A stretch of DNA of 44,789 nt. Origin: Promethearchaeia archaeon. Lineage in GTDB: Archaea > Asgardarchaeota > Lokiarchaeia > Sigyniarchaeales > SOKP01. Made by a program: the position numbers and the translations under genes. Below, piece after piece: positions 17,856 to 27,455 of the stretch (within the stretch, counting starts at the first letter, position 1; every line of letters begins with the position of its first letter). The notes beneath the pieces are model-generated. The model searched no databases. It saw only the letters and a list, made by a program, of their open reading frames with translations, and was not told where the DNA came from. The stretch is from NCBI GenBank assembly GCA_046483985.1, contig JAWOCD010000095.1, forward strand, positions 1 to 44,789, written 5' to 3'.

Positions 17856-19673
17856 GTGTATAGCGAATTAAGCGATGATGACAAAGAGATGTACTTAGAT
17901 GTACTGAGAGAGTCCCATATGCTCCCCTTTAGTAATTTTGTAAGCAAAGGCGATATTCCCGATAAAATCGATATCTCAAGACCACGAAACTATATCGATC
18001 GGGAAGTATACCGGTTAGTCAGACAAACCCACAGGGATAGGTCATCCAGACTAATTCCGATCTTAGGAACGGCAGGTTCTGGCAAAACACATGCTTATCA
18101 TTCATTCAAAGATAAAGAGCGGGAAAATCGTAAAAAGATTAAAAAGGCGCAAAAATCTGGAGAGGTAGAAGCCAGTAAGTTTGAACCCGTGGATTGGACA
18201 ATCGTCTATGTTCCCAGTCCCCCAGCAAGTATTAGAGTTTTATTACATGTATATACTTGTGTTATTGAAGAGATCGGACCAGAAATCTTAGATATTGTCT
18301 CGGAAAAATTGGTCAAAAAATGGGGCGGGGGAAAAAAGGGCATTTTTCAAAAACCAAAAGTTGAAGATGTGATTAAAAAAGGAATAAGGGAATTCCCAGG
18401 TGTCTTTGCAGATTGTGTAAAAGCGTTAGTTATATATCAATTGGACAAAAATAGAAAAGCATTAGCAGAGCGGTGGCTCTTAGGAGAGGATTTAGAACCA
18501 GAAGAGTTAGACGAGCTGGGGATAAATTCAGTAATCGAAGAAGATGATATATGTCTTGCTATGATAAAAATTATAACAGAAAATTTAGATCGTGTTATCA
18601 TCCTTTATTTTGATGAATTGGAATCCCCTTACCGAATGCATGGTGAACAAGCAGAAAAGAAATTTTTGGAAACATTAAAACGGTTATATAATGAAATAAA
18701 AGGGTTAGTCATAATTATTGCAGTATTGAAAGAAATTTGGCCCAGAATATTGGAGATTGCTGATCAACCTCTGCGTAGCAGAATGGAGCCCGAACAAGAG
18801 CTGAAGCCATTTAGCTTAAATGATTTGAAGATATTTTTCTCAAAAAGTATGGAAAGGTTCTGGGACGAGAACAATTTGAATCCTCCCTTATATCCACTCT
18901 TTCCATTAAATGAGAAATTAATTGAGATGATCTATGAAAAGACAAAAGGTAATCCAAGGAACTCCATCAAATTATGTAAACGGTTCATCGATAAAGTCGT
19001 TATGGAGGAGATGACAGTAGAGGAGTTAATGGAAGTTGGAGATGAAATCGTTGGGACTGCAGAACCTCCTAAAGAGGAGGAAGAAGAAATTGATTTCTCT
19101 AAACCACGAAAAACCGTGAGAAAGAGAATCGAAGATATTATGGCTGAAGAGGAATACCAAATAGAGGTTAATCCTCAAAGTGTCGCTGGTGCGGCGCTAA
19201 AAAGTATTATCAAAGTAGGCGAGAAAAAAGACAAAGATTATTCTACACAGATGGAATTTAAATTCATGAGGGGAAAGCGTCAGCAGACAATTGCCGCATT
19301 AATTGAATATCAAGGGAAGAAATTTGGGTTAGAAATTCCCTCAGTTAAGACCTTTGATAGGAGTGCGGGTGTTGCGGGGTATTATGCTGTAAAGAGATTG
19401 AGAGATGCAATCAATGATAAAATCTTGGATGAGGCAATCCTTATTGTTCCCAAGGAAACCGGCGGGGCAAAATATACAATGATGCTCGAAAATAACCCCG
19501 AAATCCACAAAATTGAAATAGTTGATTCCCAAGCCGAAGAACTCATTGGGAGTGCATTAGAATATCCACCTTCAGAAGTGGGATGGAAAATTACAAAAGC
19601 GGTGTTTAAGGATATCGGAGCATACCCCAGTCAAGAAGGCGAAGAACCACAGGAGGGACAAACCGAGCAATAA
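17856..19673 (+). CDS. AAA+/P-loop ATPase with additional C-terminal domain
   Basis: Walker A GTAGSGKT, Walker B ILYFDELE, PLRSR arginine finger, GNPR sensor-2; GAGGAG SD. Confidence 0.85.
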   Translation: MYSELSDDDKEMYLDVLRESHMLPFSNFVSKGDIPDKIDISRPRNYIDREVYRLVRQTHRDRSSRLIPILGTAGSGKTHAYHSFKDKERENRKKIKKAQKSGEVEASKFEPVDWTIVYVPSPPASIRVLLHVYTCVIEEIGPEILDIVSEKLVKKWGGGKKGIFQKPKVEDVIKKGIREFPGVFADCVKALVIYQLDKNRKALAERWLLGEDLEPEELDELGINSVIEEDDICLAMIKIITENLDRVIILYFDELESPYRMHGEQAEKKFLETLKRLYNEIKGLVIIIAVLKEIWPRILEIADQPLRSRMEPEQELKPFSLNDLKIFFSKSMERFWDENNLNPPLYPLFPLNEKLIEMIYEKTKGNPRNSIKLCKRFIDKVVMEEMTVEELMEVGDEIVGTAEPPKEEEEEIDFSKPRKTVRKRIEDIMAEEEYQIEVNPQSVAGAALKSIIKVGEKKDKDYSTQMEFKFMRGKRQQTIAALIEYQGKKFGLEIPSVKTFDRSAGVAGYYAVKRLRDAINDKILDEAILIVPKETGGAKYTMMLENNPEIHKIEIVDSQAEELIGSALEYPPSEVGWKITKAVFKDIGAYPSQEGEEPQEGQTEQ

Positions 19674-19872
19674 AATCTTATAAGATCATTCTCTTTTTCT
19701 CAATAATTTAAAAATTTATATAACCAAGAATAGAATTAAGTTTCTTTCTAATCATTTTTTATCGCAAATGTGTCCTTTAAATAGCTGTTTCTAGATAAAT
19801 TATCGCCAGTTAATTTGAAGAATATACGGCATTCATAATTTGAATAATAATATAAATAAAGGTATTAATAAA

Positions 19873-19989
19873 ATGGAGTTAAGCAAAAAAGCATTAGTCG
19901 GATTAGCCATTTTATTGACAGTTTCCTATGGGCTTAGCATGGCCGCTGCAGGAGTTTCCATTCCCGGTTGCGGGGAAACAGCTCCCTAA
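19873..19989 (+). CDS. 38-aa secreted or membrane microprotein MELSKKALVGLAILLTVSYGLSMAAAGVSIPGCGETAP
   Basis: GC-richer coding island in an AT-rich spacer; n/h/c signal-peptide structure; AAGGT SD-like motif; T-tract downstream. Confidence 0.7.
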   Translation: MELSKKALVGLAILLTVSYGLSMAAAGVSIPGCGETAP

Positions 19990-20019
19990 GAATTAAGGAT
20001 TTCTGTTAATAAAATTCAT

Positions 20020-20043
20020 ATTTCTCTTTTTTTTTATTATTTT
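20020..20043 (+). terminator. Oligo-T tract after the microprotein gene
   Basis: TTTCTCTTTTTTTTTATTATTTT, archaeal U-rich terminator-like. Confidence 0.45.
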
Positions 20044-20096
20044 ACCACTAGAGTGCGAGAAAGCACCGTGCTTTAGGACGGAGTGAATCGCATATA
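20041..20096 (+). repeat. Solo IS200/IS605 left end
   Basis: Reverse-complement similar to 11858-11914 (AGAGTG.GAGAA.GCACC...CTTTAGG.CGG...TGAATCGCA). Confidence 0.7.
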
Positions 20097-20144
20097 GATT
20101 TTGATCAAGAGATCAAACAATGATCTATTTTCACTCAGATTATA

Positions 20145-20856
20145 TTATAGATTAAATTTAGTAACATTTTGAGCGAGAAGCGTCAACCCCACCAGTTTAA
20201 ATGTTAAGAAAAGAAAATAAAGAATAAATCGAATATCGGGGCCAAACATGTCCATAAGAGGGGCCATTAATGCCTCACTCGCTAAACTCCCTCCAAGTCC
20301 ATAAAAGATCACAGCAATTGCAATTAAAAATGAGGTCCTTCGTAATCCAGGAATTCTAATGCCAATATAAAAGAAAATAACAGGAATAATTAATGCCATC
20401 AGATTGGAATAAAAACCAATTGTGGATATAAACTCAAAGTCTGTTAATGTATTTACCGGATAGAGAAATTGAATAAATGCAGCGACTAAATAGACATAGG
20501 CTAATAGCCCTTTCAATTTAAATTTTAAAACCTTTTTGTCAATTATATAAAGAACAAAAACAAATCCCACAGCCGCGATGAAGCTAGCAATTTTCCAAAT
20601 CAACACATTGGGCATAATATAATTCATTATTAAATTTTGTGAGAAAGAAGTCAAAGTAAATATATAAGAGTCGGGAAATGAAAAGACAGATCATTAGGAC
20701 AAAAATGCTAAACACAAAGTCAATTTTCAACTCCTTCTCCCTATTCTTTTTGGCAATAATCTTTTTTCCCAAAAAGATAACTAAGATAGCCTTCGTTATT
20801 AAGACAACAATTGTAAGTATTAAAAAAAGCCGAAATTCAAAACTATCTAATTTCAT
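20145..20856 (-). pseudogene. 7-TM membrane protein with one frameshift near 20615-20630 (pseudogene or sequencing error)
   Basis: ORFs 20584-20856 (2 TM) and 20145-20654 (5 TM) join as ...LTKFNNELYY/MPNVLIWKI...; the 712-nt span is not a multiple of 3. Confidence 0.7.
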
Positions 20857-20866
20857 AGTAAAAATA

Positions 20867-21790
20867 TTAAACTATCTTTTTTAGATTTTCTCTTAATTTT
20901 TTATTAATATCCAATAATTTTCCAGCAGTATCTTTTGCTTTTACAGAAAGGTGTTTAAAATCACTTAAGATTTTGATCTTTTCATTTTCTCCCAATGCAT
21001 TGGCAACTTGTATTCCTTCCTCTAAGAGGTCAATTATTTCTTTATAAATCTCTGGATATTCTTCCACTTCAATGTCATCCAATTCATCTTCGATATCTTC
21101 TTGGAGATCTTCTTGTTTGTCAATAAGATCTGGCATTTGGTCTGCTTTTTTTGCTTTGTTGTTTAAAACTGTTACCATCTTCTCCTCCTGGATTTCCTCG
21201 GCTAGATCTGCTGCTTTCTCATAACTTTTACGTGCCTTTTTATAATCGCCATCTTTAAAATACGCTTCTCCCTCTTTCACCTTTTCAGAGAGTTCACTTG
21301 GAGTTTCTTCACCGAGTTTTATTAATTTTCTGGCCTCTTGTAATTTCCCGTTATCCAATAAGGTTTTTGTTCTCTCATTAATCTTCTCTTGAATAATTTT
21401 CGGTTCTTTTAACTTTTCCATAAGAGAAAGGATGGAATTAAGTATCCCTTTCAAAAATTGTCGCATTTTTTTTTTGTCGGAGGTGAAATTCTCTGCAATT
21501 TCTTTTTCCAGATCCTCAAACATACTTTTAAGCGAAAGGAGATCTTCTCCTTCTTTTAGAATAAACCCCAAAAACAGTTTACCTTCGGCTTCTTCAGCTC
21601 TCACGAGACTGGAAAAGTGTAATACCGATCCTTCCCGATAAGTGGCATCGACCAAATTTTTTTTTATATGTTTATTGGCCAGATTTTTTAAAGCTTTCTG
21701 AGTTAACTTTTTCTCTGTGAGGTAAAACTCTGCAATAGTATGGGGTCCAAAAGATTCATCAATTTCAAAAAGGTATATCCCGAGAGGCAT
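20867..21790 (-). CDS. uDENN/longin-like N-terminal domain plus TPR-like helical protein
   Basis: N-terminal GIYLFEIDESFGP motif; EGEAYFKDGDYKKARKSYEKAA TPR-like repeat. Confidence 0.65.
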   Translation of the reverse strand: MPLGIYLFEIDESFGPHTIAEFYLTEKKLTQKALKNLANKHIKKNLVDATYREGSVLHFSSLVRAEEAEGKLFLGFILKEGEDLLSLKSMFEDLEKEIAENFTSDKKKMRQFLKGILNSILSLMEKLKEPKIIQEKINERTKTLLDNGKLQEARKLIKLGEETPSELSEKVKEGEAYFKDGDYKKARKSYEKAADLAEEIQEEKMVTVLNNKAKKADQMPDLIDKQEDLQEDIEDELDDIEVEEYPEIYKEIIDLLEEGIQVANALGENEKIKILSDFKHLSVKAKDTAGKLLDINKKLRENLKKIV

Positions 21791-21935
21791 TTAATAAATC
21801 AACAATTTTTCTGTTTATTAGTTAATATTATAGGATTAATATATAATTGATCTTAAATTTTTATTTATTCTAATAAAAATACATATTATTAGGATTATAT
21901 ATCTATAAAAGAATTTCAAATCGTATAAAATAACC

Positions 21936-22850
21936 ATGAGAATTAAAGATACATATTGTGAAGCGTTTGAAGGGTTGGTCATCCAACTGATGGTCACGGC
22001 GAAGGATGCCCAATTTCTAAATAGGGCAGTTAATGCTTTTACCGCTTTGCCGTCCACTGTCTTTGGAGATGCCGAAGGCGGAATTGTTAAATGGTTAGGC
22101 GAACAAGATACGCCAGATGGTCGGATTGGGGCTACTGTACAGTTGTGGGTGACAGGGACTGATGAAGAGGCAAAACAGAAATTATATTCTAAGTTAGGGA
22201 GAAGATTGCGACAAGGTATATTAGTTGTACCTACAACAGCGGTTTTTGATGCACATCCCGGAGAATCTAAAAATACTTACAATATGATGGATAACGTAGG
22301 GCATTGCGGAGACGGCTATGAAGAAGTTATTGAAAAATTTGATAAGAAATTAATTTCCGTTCCAATCATGATGGGACATGATTTCCTCATTGAGGAGGAG
22401 ATAACAGTCACAAAAGGTGTAATGGGGGGGAATTTATGGCTATTTTGTGAGTCAGTAGAGGGAGGGATAAAGGTCGGAAGAAAAGCAGTCGAAATAATCG
22501 CTCAAATAGATGATGTCTGCACGACCTTCGATGTTTGTTCGGCAGGATCCAAACCCGAAACCAATTATCCTGAAATAGGACCGACTACCAATCATCCTTA
22601 TTGTCCAACTTTGAAAAATAAAATCCCAGAGAATGAGTTTAAAGTGCCGAAAGGAGTAAAATCCATACCCGAAATAATTTTTAACGGATTGGATATCGAG
22701 ACAATAAAGCATACAATGCTCCAAACTATTAAAGGAATAATGGATATGGAAGAATTAGTTCAGATCTCTGCGGGTAATTATGGGGGAAAATTAGGGAAAT
22801 ATAAAATCTGGTTGAGGGAATTAGGACTAAAACGAAACTATTTTAGTTAA
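21936..22850 (+). CDS. ftr: Formylmethanofuran:tetrahydromethanopterin formyltransferase
   Basis: IKDTYCEAF, TPDGR.G, PTTAVFD, GV.GGN, GSK, TTNHPYCPTL, ISAGNYGGKLG. Confidence 0.9.
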   Translation: MRIKDTYCEAFEGLVIQLMVTAKDAQFLNRAVNAFTALPSTVFGDAEGGIVKWLGEQDTPDGRIGATVQLWVTGTDEEAKQKLYSKLGRRLRQGILVVPTTAVFDAHPGESKNTYNMMDNVGHCGDGYEEVIEKFDKKLISVPIMMGHDFLIEEEITVTKGVMGGNLWLFCESVEGGIKVGRKAVEIIAQIDDVCTTFDVCSAGSKPETNYPEIGPTTNHPYCPTLKNKIPENEFKVPKGVKSIPEIIFNGLDIETIKHTMLQTIKGIMDMEELVQISAGNYGGKLGKYKIWLRELGLKRNYFS

Positions 22851-22907
22851 TAGATGGTTAAAAGTTGCATTTCTCGAAGCGAAAAAATAAAATCTTGAAA
22901 ATATTCA

Positions 22908-25292
22908 TTACGAGTTATTATAGGTTTTTTCAATTTTTTCCCCGGTATATTCAATTAGATCATCGAATTTAGCAATATCCTCTAAGCCTGCCCCTTTACC
23001 TTTCTCAACAAATATGATTCGAAAAGTTCGCTTTTCCAACATCCTCGGAAATTCTCCTTTTCTGGATTCAATTTTTAAACGATCCTCATCATCATTCCAA
23101 TTGAATTTTATTGTAGAAAATAGCCCTTTCTCATAATTATAATTATCATTTTCGTCCTCGTAGAGAAGGAAACTACAATTTTCTCCCCGATAAATTCTTA
23201 TCTCAAGGGGATCTGCTGGTTTTTCTGTTGAATACTGCATTTCAGGATTAATTGGAATTATCGAGCCTTCTCTAATAAAAAGGGGGATAATATTAATGGG
23301 GGCATCAGCTTCAATTGTTCTTCCCCCCTCATATTGTTTTCCCGTCCAAAAATCATACCACTTATTACCTTCGGGCAGATATACAGATCGTTTTCTTTCT
23401 ACATTATCAATTGGCTCAGAATTCTTGTTATAATACATAGGTTTCAGCACCGGACATACCAGAAACGCAGGACCGAACATATATTCATCATTAATTTCTA
23501 ATACTTTGGGATCTTGGCGAAAATCAAATATTAAACTTCGCATCATCGTATAATCTTGTTCAGTTACCATCCAAGCAACCGAATAAATGTAAGATAATAA
23601 GCGATATCTAAGTGTTATAAACTTTACAAGGGTGTCATAAAACTTTGTTCCTGGTTCACCAAATTTCCACACTTCTCGGGCTGTATCTGTTCCATGCGAT
23701 CGGAACATTGGTGAGAAAGCTCCAAATTGAAACCAACGAGTATAAAATTCTCGATAACCTAAATTTTCATTCCCTTCTGGATAAATTTCTCCCTCCAAAT
23801 AAGCAAAATGCATTGAGGTTACGTCAAATGCACCTATATCAGAGGTCCAATAAGGAAGACCAGTCATACAAAAATTAAGACCCGCAGGAATTTGTGCTGC
23901 GAAAAAATTCCACGTGGCAGGAACATCGCCAGACCATGTAATCGTTGCGAACCTTTGTTGACCAATAAATCCTGAGCGCGTTAAAATCACAACCCGTTTT
24001 TCGGAGGTCTGCTTTCGCTGATTTTCATACATTCCTTTTGATTGCATTAACGAATAAGCGTTAAGATATCTCGATCCTGTCCCTATGGTTGGCGTTCTCA
24101 ATGTCTTTTTCAAGGCTTTCACGTTTTTTTTATCAAAATTTACCTTCAAGGGGGTTGCTTTTTCTGTTTCCACAAACATAGGCTCGGTTGAATCACACCA
24201 CCACGCGTCAATCCCATGTTTAAATAATCCTTCGTTGGCTTGTTTCCAATAAAGATCTCGGGCCTCAGCGTTAAAGGCGTCAAAAATTTTATATGGTTTT
24301 AAACCGTTTTTATATAAAAAGCCATTTCTTTTCATTTCCCAGTAATCAGAAGTAAGAATAGACATTATCGGCCATATAGATATCATAATTTTCGCGTTAA
24401 GTTGGTGAATTTTCTCAATCATTTGAGTAGGGTTAGAAAATCTAGACCTATTGAAGCTTTTATTCCCCCATTTCAGTGCAGAGCCCCAGTATTTCCAATC
24501 TTGAACAATAAGGTCTAAAGGAATCTTTCTCTTTCGATATTCCTCTACAATCCCAACGAGTTCTTCAGCATTCTTATACCTCTCTTTACTTTGGACGTAT
24601 CCGAAAAACCATTTCGGGAACATGGGACATTTACCAGTAAGAAACCTAATATATTTAATGATATCATCGATTTCTGGTCCAAATAAAAAGTAATAATTGA
24701 TTTGATCACCAACTTCAGACCAAATATAAGAATCATCGCCCGAATCTCTGAATTTTGTATAGGAATAATTGTCCCATAAGATTCCATATCCCTTCGATGA
24801 TATTAATATAGGAACGGCGACCTTAATATTACCTTGGTATAAATCGATATCTAAATTTCGGTAATTCAATTTATTATCTACATCTTGGTGCTGCCCCAAT
24901 CCATATAATGCTTCTTCTTGGTCCCATTCGAAATTTTGTTGGATATGGTAGGTTTTTTCGTCCATTACAACAGATTTCTCAATTTTGCGCTTCCCTTCTT
25001 TTAAAAGAGTTGATCCAGAAGGTTTTAGGAATTCTATAATACTATTTTCCTTAGATACTTGAACGATTAATTGGTTGGTCTTTAATATACACTTTTTTTT
25101 TCCTTCAATAATTTCAAAATCGACATCCTCTCTTTGCTTATCAAGGACAGAAAGACTTTCCCTTTTTTGGTTAATATATTCAGAGTTTTTCTCTATTTTA
25201 AATAGTATCTGAATAATTTTCTCATTGATCACTCTTAATCTAAGGAGACCCTCCTTTGTCTCTATGGAAATCCCATTATGTTTCGTTTGCAC
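22908..25292 (-). CDS. Glycoside hydrolase family 31 (alpha-xylosidase/glucosidase)
   Basis: YGLGQHQ, IVQDW, AWWCDSTEP nucleophile, WSGD, WTSDIG.F, RWFQFGAF.PMFRSHG; likely GTG start at 25292 after GAGGGGT (ORF track start 25322). Confidence 0.9.
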   Translation of the reverse strand: MQTKHNGISIETKEGLLRLRVINEKIIQILFKIEKNSEYINQKRESLSVLDKQREDVDFEIIEGKKKCILKTNQLIVQVSKENSIIEFLKPSGSTLLKEGKRKIEKSVVMDEKTYHIQQNFEWDQEEALYGLGQHQDVDNKLNYRNLDIDLYQGNIKVAVPILISSKGYGILWDNYSYTKFRDSGDDSYIWSEVGDQINYYFLFGPEIDDIIKYIRFLTGKCPMFPKWFFGYVQSKERYKNAEELVGIVEEYRKRKIPLDLIVQDWKYWGSALKWGNKSFNRSRFSNPTQMIEKIHQLNAKIMISIWPIMSILTSDYWEMKRNGFLYKNGLKPYKIFDAFNAEARDLYWKQANEGLFKHGIDAWWCDSTEPMFVETEKATPLKVNFDKKNVKALKKTLRTPTIGTGSRYLNAYSLMQSKGMYENQRKQTSEKRVVILTRSGFIGQQRFATITWSGDVPATWNFFAAQIPAGLNFCMTGLPYWTSDIGAFDVTSMHFAYLEGEIYPEGNENLGYREFYTRWFQFGAFSPMFRSHGTDTAREVWKFGEPGTKFYDTLVKFITLRYRLLSYIYSVAWMVTEQDYTMMRSLIFDFRQDPKVLEINDEYMFGPAFLVCPVLKPMYYNKNSEPIDNVERKRSVYLPEGNKWYDFWTGKQYEGGRTIEADAPINIIPLFIREGSIIPINPEMQYSTEKPADPLEIRIYRGENCSFLLYEDENDNYNYEKGLFSTIKFNWNDDEDRLKIESRKGEFPRMLEKRTFRIIFVEKGKGAGLEDIAKFDDLIEYTGEKIEKTYNNS

Positions 25293-25311
25293 TTTAATAC
25301 AACCCCTCTTC

Positions 25312-25449
25312 TCAAACTGCAATAAAATCTGCGATATCTATGATATGTATTTTTTCTTGTATCTCTGAACCCTTTTTTTCTGATATATCTCTTAAATTTC
25401 CCCCATAGAATGGGCAACTGGTCAATTCGATCTTTGATATGAGACCCAT
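25312..25449 (-). pseudogene. Fragment homologous to the 3' end of the CCG Fe-S oxidoreductase at 27456-28709
   Basis: LTSCPFYGGNLRDISEKKGSEIQEKIHIIDIADFI versus LTSCPFCVRNLRDALEEMDSEIQERIRIVTIIDFI; 20 identical nt at 25407-25426 and 27557-27576. Confidence 0.75.
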
Positions 25450-25552
25450 ATAATATTCACAAATTAACATTATTGGATAACCTTTAAAAGGCTTTTTTGA
25501 GTTGAGAAAGATAATAATTACTTTATTGAAATTTCGGGAATACTAATTAACA

Positions 25553-25584
25553 TTGAAGTATTCACACCTAAAGACGTGAGATTC
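25553..25584 (-). repeat. Solo IS605 right end
   Basis: GAATCTCACGTCTTTAGGTGTGAATACTTCAA, matching the right ends at 11925, 13016 and 15808. Confidence 0.65.
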
Positions 25585-25763
25585 CCACCTATAAAATCAA
25601 AAAATGAATGATGAATCTTAAAATCAAGCATAGAATATTCCGAGAAGAGAAAATAGATTTAATAATTCCCATTTATGTTTTGCTTGGAGTTCTTGGAATA
25701 TTTGTACCTATTTGGGGTTAATAAGTTTTTATAAGAAAAAATGAAGATTATAATCACTCCTCA

Positions 25764-26426
25764 TTAATCGAGCTCTTGCGGAATATCTTTAAAATCTGCT
25801 CGAAAAAGGTCGCCATATTTTTCAATAAAGACTTTCTCAATTTCATCTAACGGAAGATCTGCGTAAACCCCTCTATCATTGATATATTCAATGAATTTAT
25901 TTCCGTTAATATCCTTCTCAGGGAACATTGCATGATTCTTTCCATCAAACTCGCACATAGGAAGGTATCCCGCTTTAAGGGCTGTTTCCTTATCAAAGGC
26001 AGGTGTTAATTTGATCCAGTCTCCCTCTAAATAAAGTTCACTATATCCATGATAATAGAAAGTCTTAGTTCCCATAAATCGTTCGACTTTTGGAGATATT
26101 TTATGATTAATGATATCAGCAAGATGGATACGAGCCGGTATATCCAGGGATCTTGCAAAGGTCGATAATAGGATTGCTTTTGAGACACAAAAACCATTCC
26201 CTCTTCGGAGGGTAACGCTTGCCTTAAAATTAGCTTTTATCTGTGGAAGATACGACATCATATTATATTTGATCTCATCACGGACAAAATAAAAAAGCGT
26301 TTTAATTTGATTGGGCTTTTCGGACAAACCCGCCGAGAGTTCTTTTGCCTTCCAGCTAACTCTCTTTTTATGGAAATCAAAGAATTCCGTGGGTTCCAAA
26401 TATTCTTGATTTACGTTTTCTGTCAT
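25764..26426 (-). CDS. Transglutaminase-like cysteine protease-fold protein
   Basis: LFYFVRDEIKY, GFCVSKAILL, IPAR, HGYSELYLEGDWIK. Confidence 0.85.
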   Translation of the reverse strand: MTENVNQEYLEPTEFFDFHKKRVSWKAKELSAGLSEKPNQIKTLFYFVRDEIKYNMMSYLPQIKANFKASVTLRRGNGFCVSKAILLSTFARSLDIPARIHLADIINHKISPKVERFMGTKTFYYHGYSELYLEGDWIKLTPAFDKETALKAGYLPMCEFDGKNHAMFPEKDINGNKFIEYINDRGVYADLPLDEIEKVFIEKYGDLFRADFKDIPQELD

Positions 26427-26435
26427 TTAGCTATT

Positions 26436-27284
26436 CTAACCTTGATCTATGGTTTTTTTAATAGAATTTAGTTCTATTTGAGGGATCATATTTAAAGAAT
26501 GGATGGTTGGACCGTGACCATTGCCAATAGGGATATCCATTGCGCATTTAAGAGCTGCAAACACATAAGCTTTAGCGATCCAGATCGCATTCACAGGAGC
26601 ATTTCCTTTAGCTGTTTCGGCAGCAATGGCTGAGGCAAAAGTACACCCAGTTCCATGCGTATTTTCAGTTTTTAATAAGGGGGATTTAAATAAAATGTGC
26701 CTTTTCCCATCGTAAAGGATATCTATGGAGTCTTCCGTATTAGGGATTCTAGAACCTTTAATCACTACATTTTGCGCCCCCTTTTCATGAATTAGCTCCG
26801 CAGCAGAGCGGGCATCCCCCACGGATTCGATTTTTTCTCCTGTGAGAACTTCAGCTTCATGATGGTTGGGAGTGAGAATATATGCAAGGGGAATTAGCTC
26901 AGCAATTAATGTCTCTTGTGCATCCTCCTTCAATAGGGAGTCTCCACTCTTCGCAACCATAACGGGATCTATTACCAATTTCTCTATTTCATATTCTTGC
27001 GCTTTTTCAGCCAACAAACGAATTACTTCTTTATTGGATAACATACCAGTTTTCCACGCATCGGCACCGATATCTTCCATGACCGAATCAATCTGCGCCC
27101 CAATAAAATCGGGATCGATGTCAAAGATTTCTTGGACGCCCATTGTATTTTGAGCAGTGAGGGCTGTAATAGCACTCATTCCATATACTCCACGAGCACT
27201 GAATGTTTTTAAGTCGGCTTGGATTCCTGCACCGCCACCAGAATCAGACCCCGCAATAGTTAAAACCTTTTTCATTATGACCAC
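26436..27284 (-). CDS. thiD: Hydroxymethylpyrimidine/phosphomethylpyrimidine kinase
   Basis: [40 protein letters not shown]. Confidence 0.95.
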   Translation of the reverse strand: MVIMKKVLTIAGSDSGGGAGIQADLKTFSARGVYGMSAITALTAQNTMGVQEIFDIDPDFIGAQIDSVMEDIGADAWKTGMLSNKEVIRLLAEKAQEYEIEKLVIDPVMVAKSGDSLLKEDAQETLIAELIPLAYILTPNHHEAEVLTGEKIESVGDARSAAELIHEKGAQNVVIKGSRIPNTEDSIDILYDGKRHILFKSPLLKTENTHGTGCTFASAIAAETAKGNAPVNAIWIAKAYVFAALKCAMDIPIGNGHGPTIHSLNMIPQIELNSIKKTIDQG

Positions 27285-27455
27285 TTAAAATAATGTATTG
27301 GACTTTTTAAATTTCTTAATTGCCTTAAATATGTACAACAGTACCACTGAGCGGATATATAGACCTTGATCTTTCTAAATCCTCAATTTTTACTTTATTT
27401 ATTTTATTTAAATTTTTTAATTACTGAAAAAATAAAAAAAAACATTCTAAATACC

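Noticed and set aside
27285-27455. Possible TPP riboswitch upstream of thiD
   Set aside because: The thiD-sense (minus) strand lacks the CUGAGA and CCUGA...AAUGC/AAUAC core motifs; the CTGAG/ACCTTGATC look-alike is on the wrong strand
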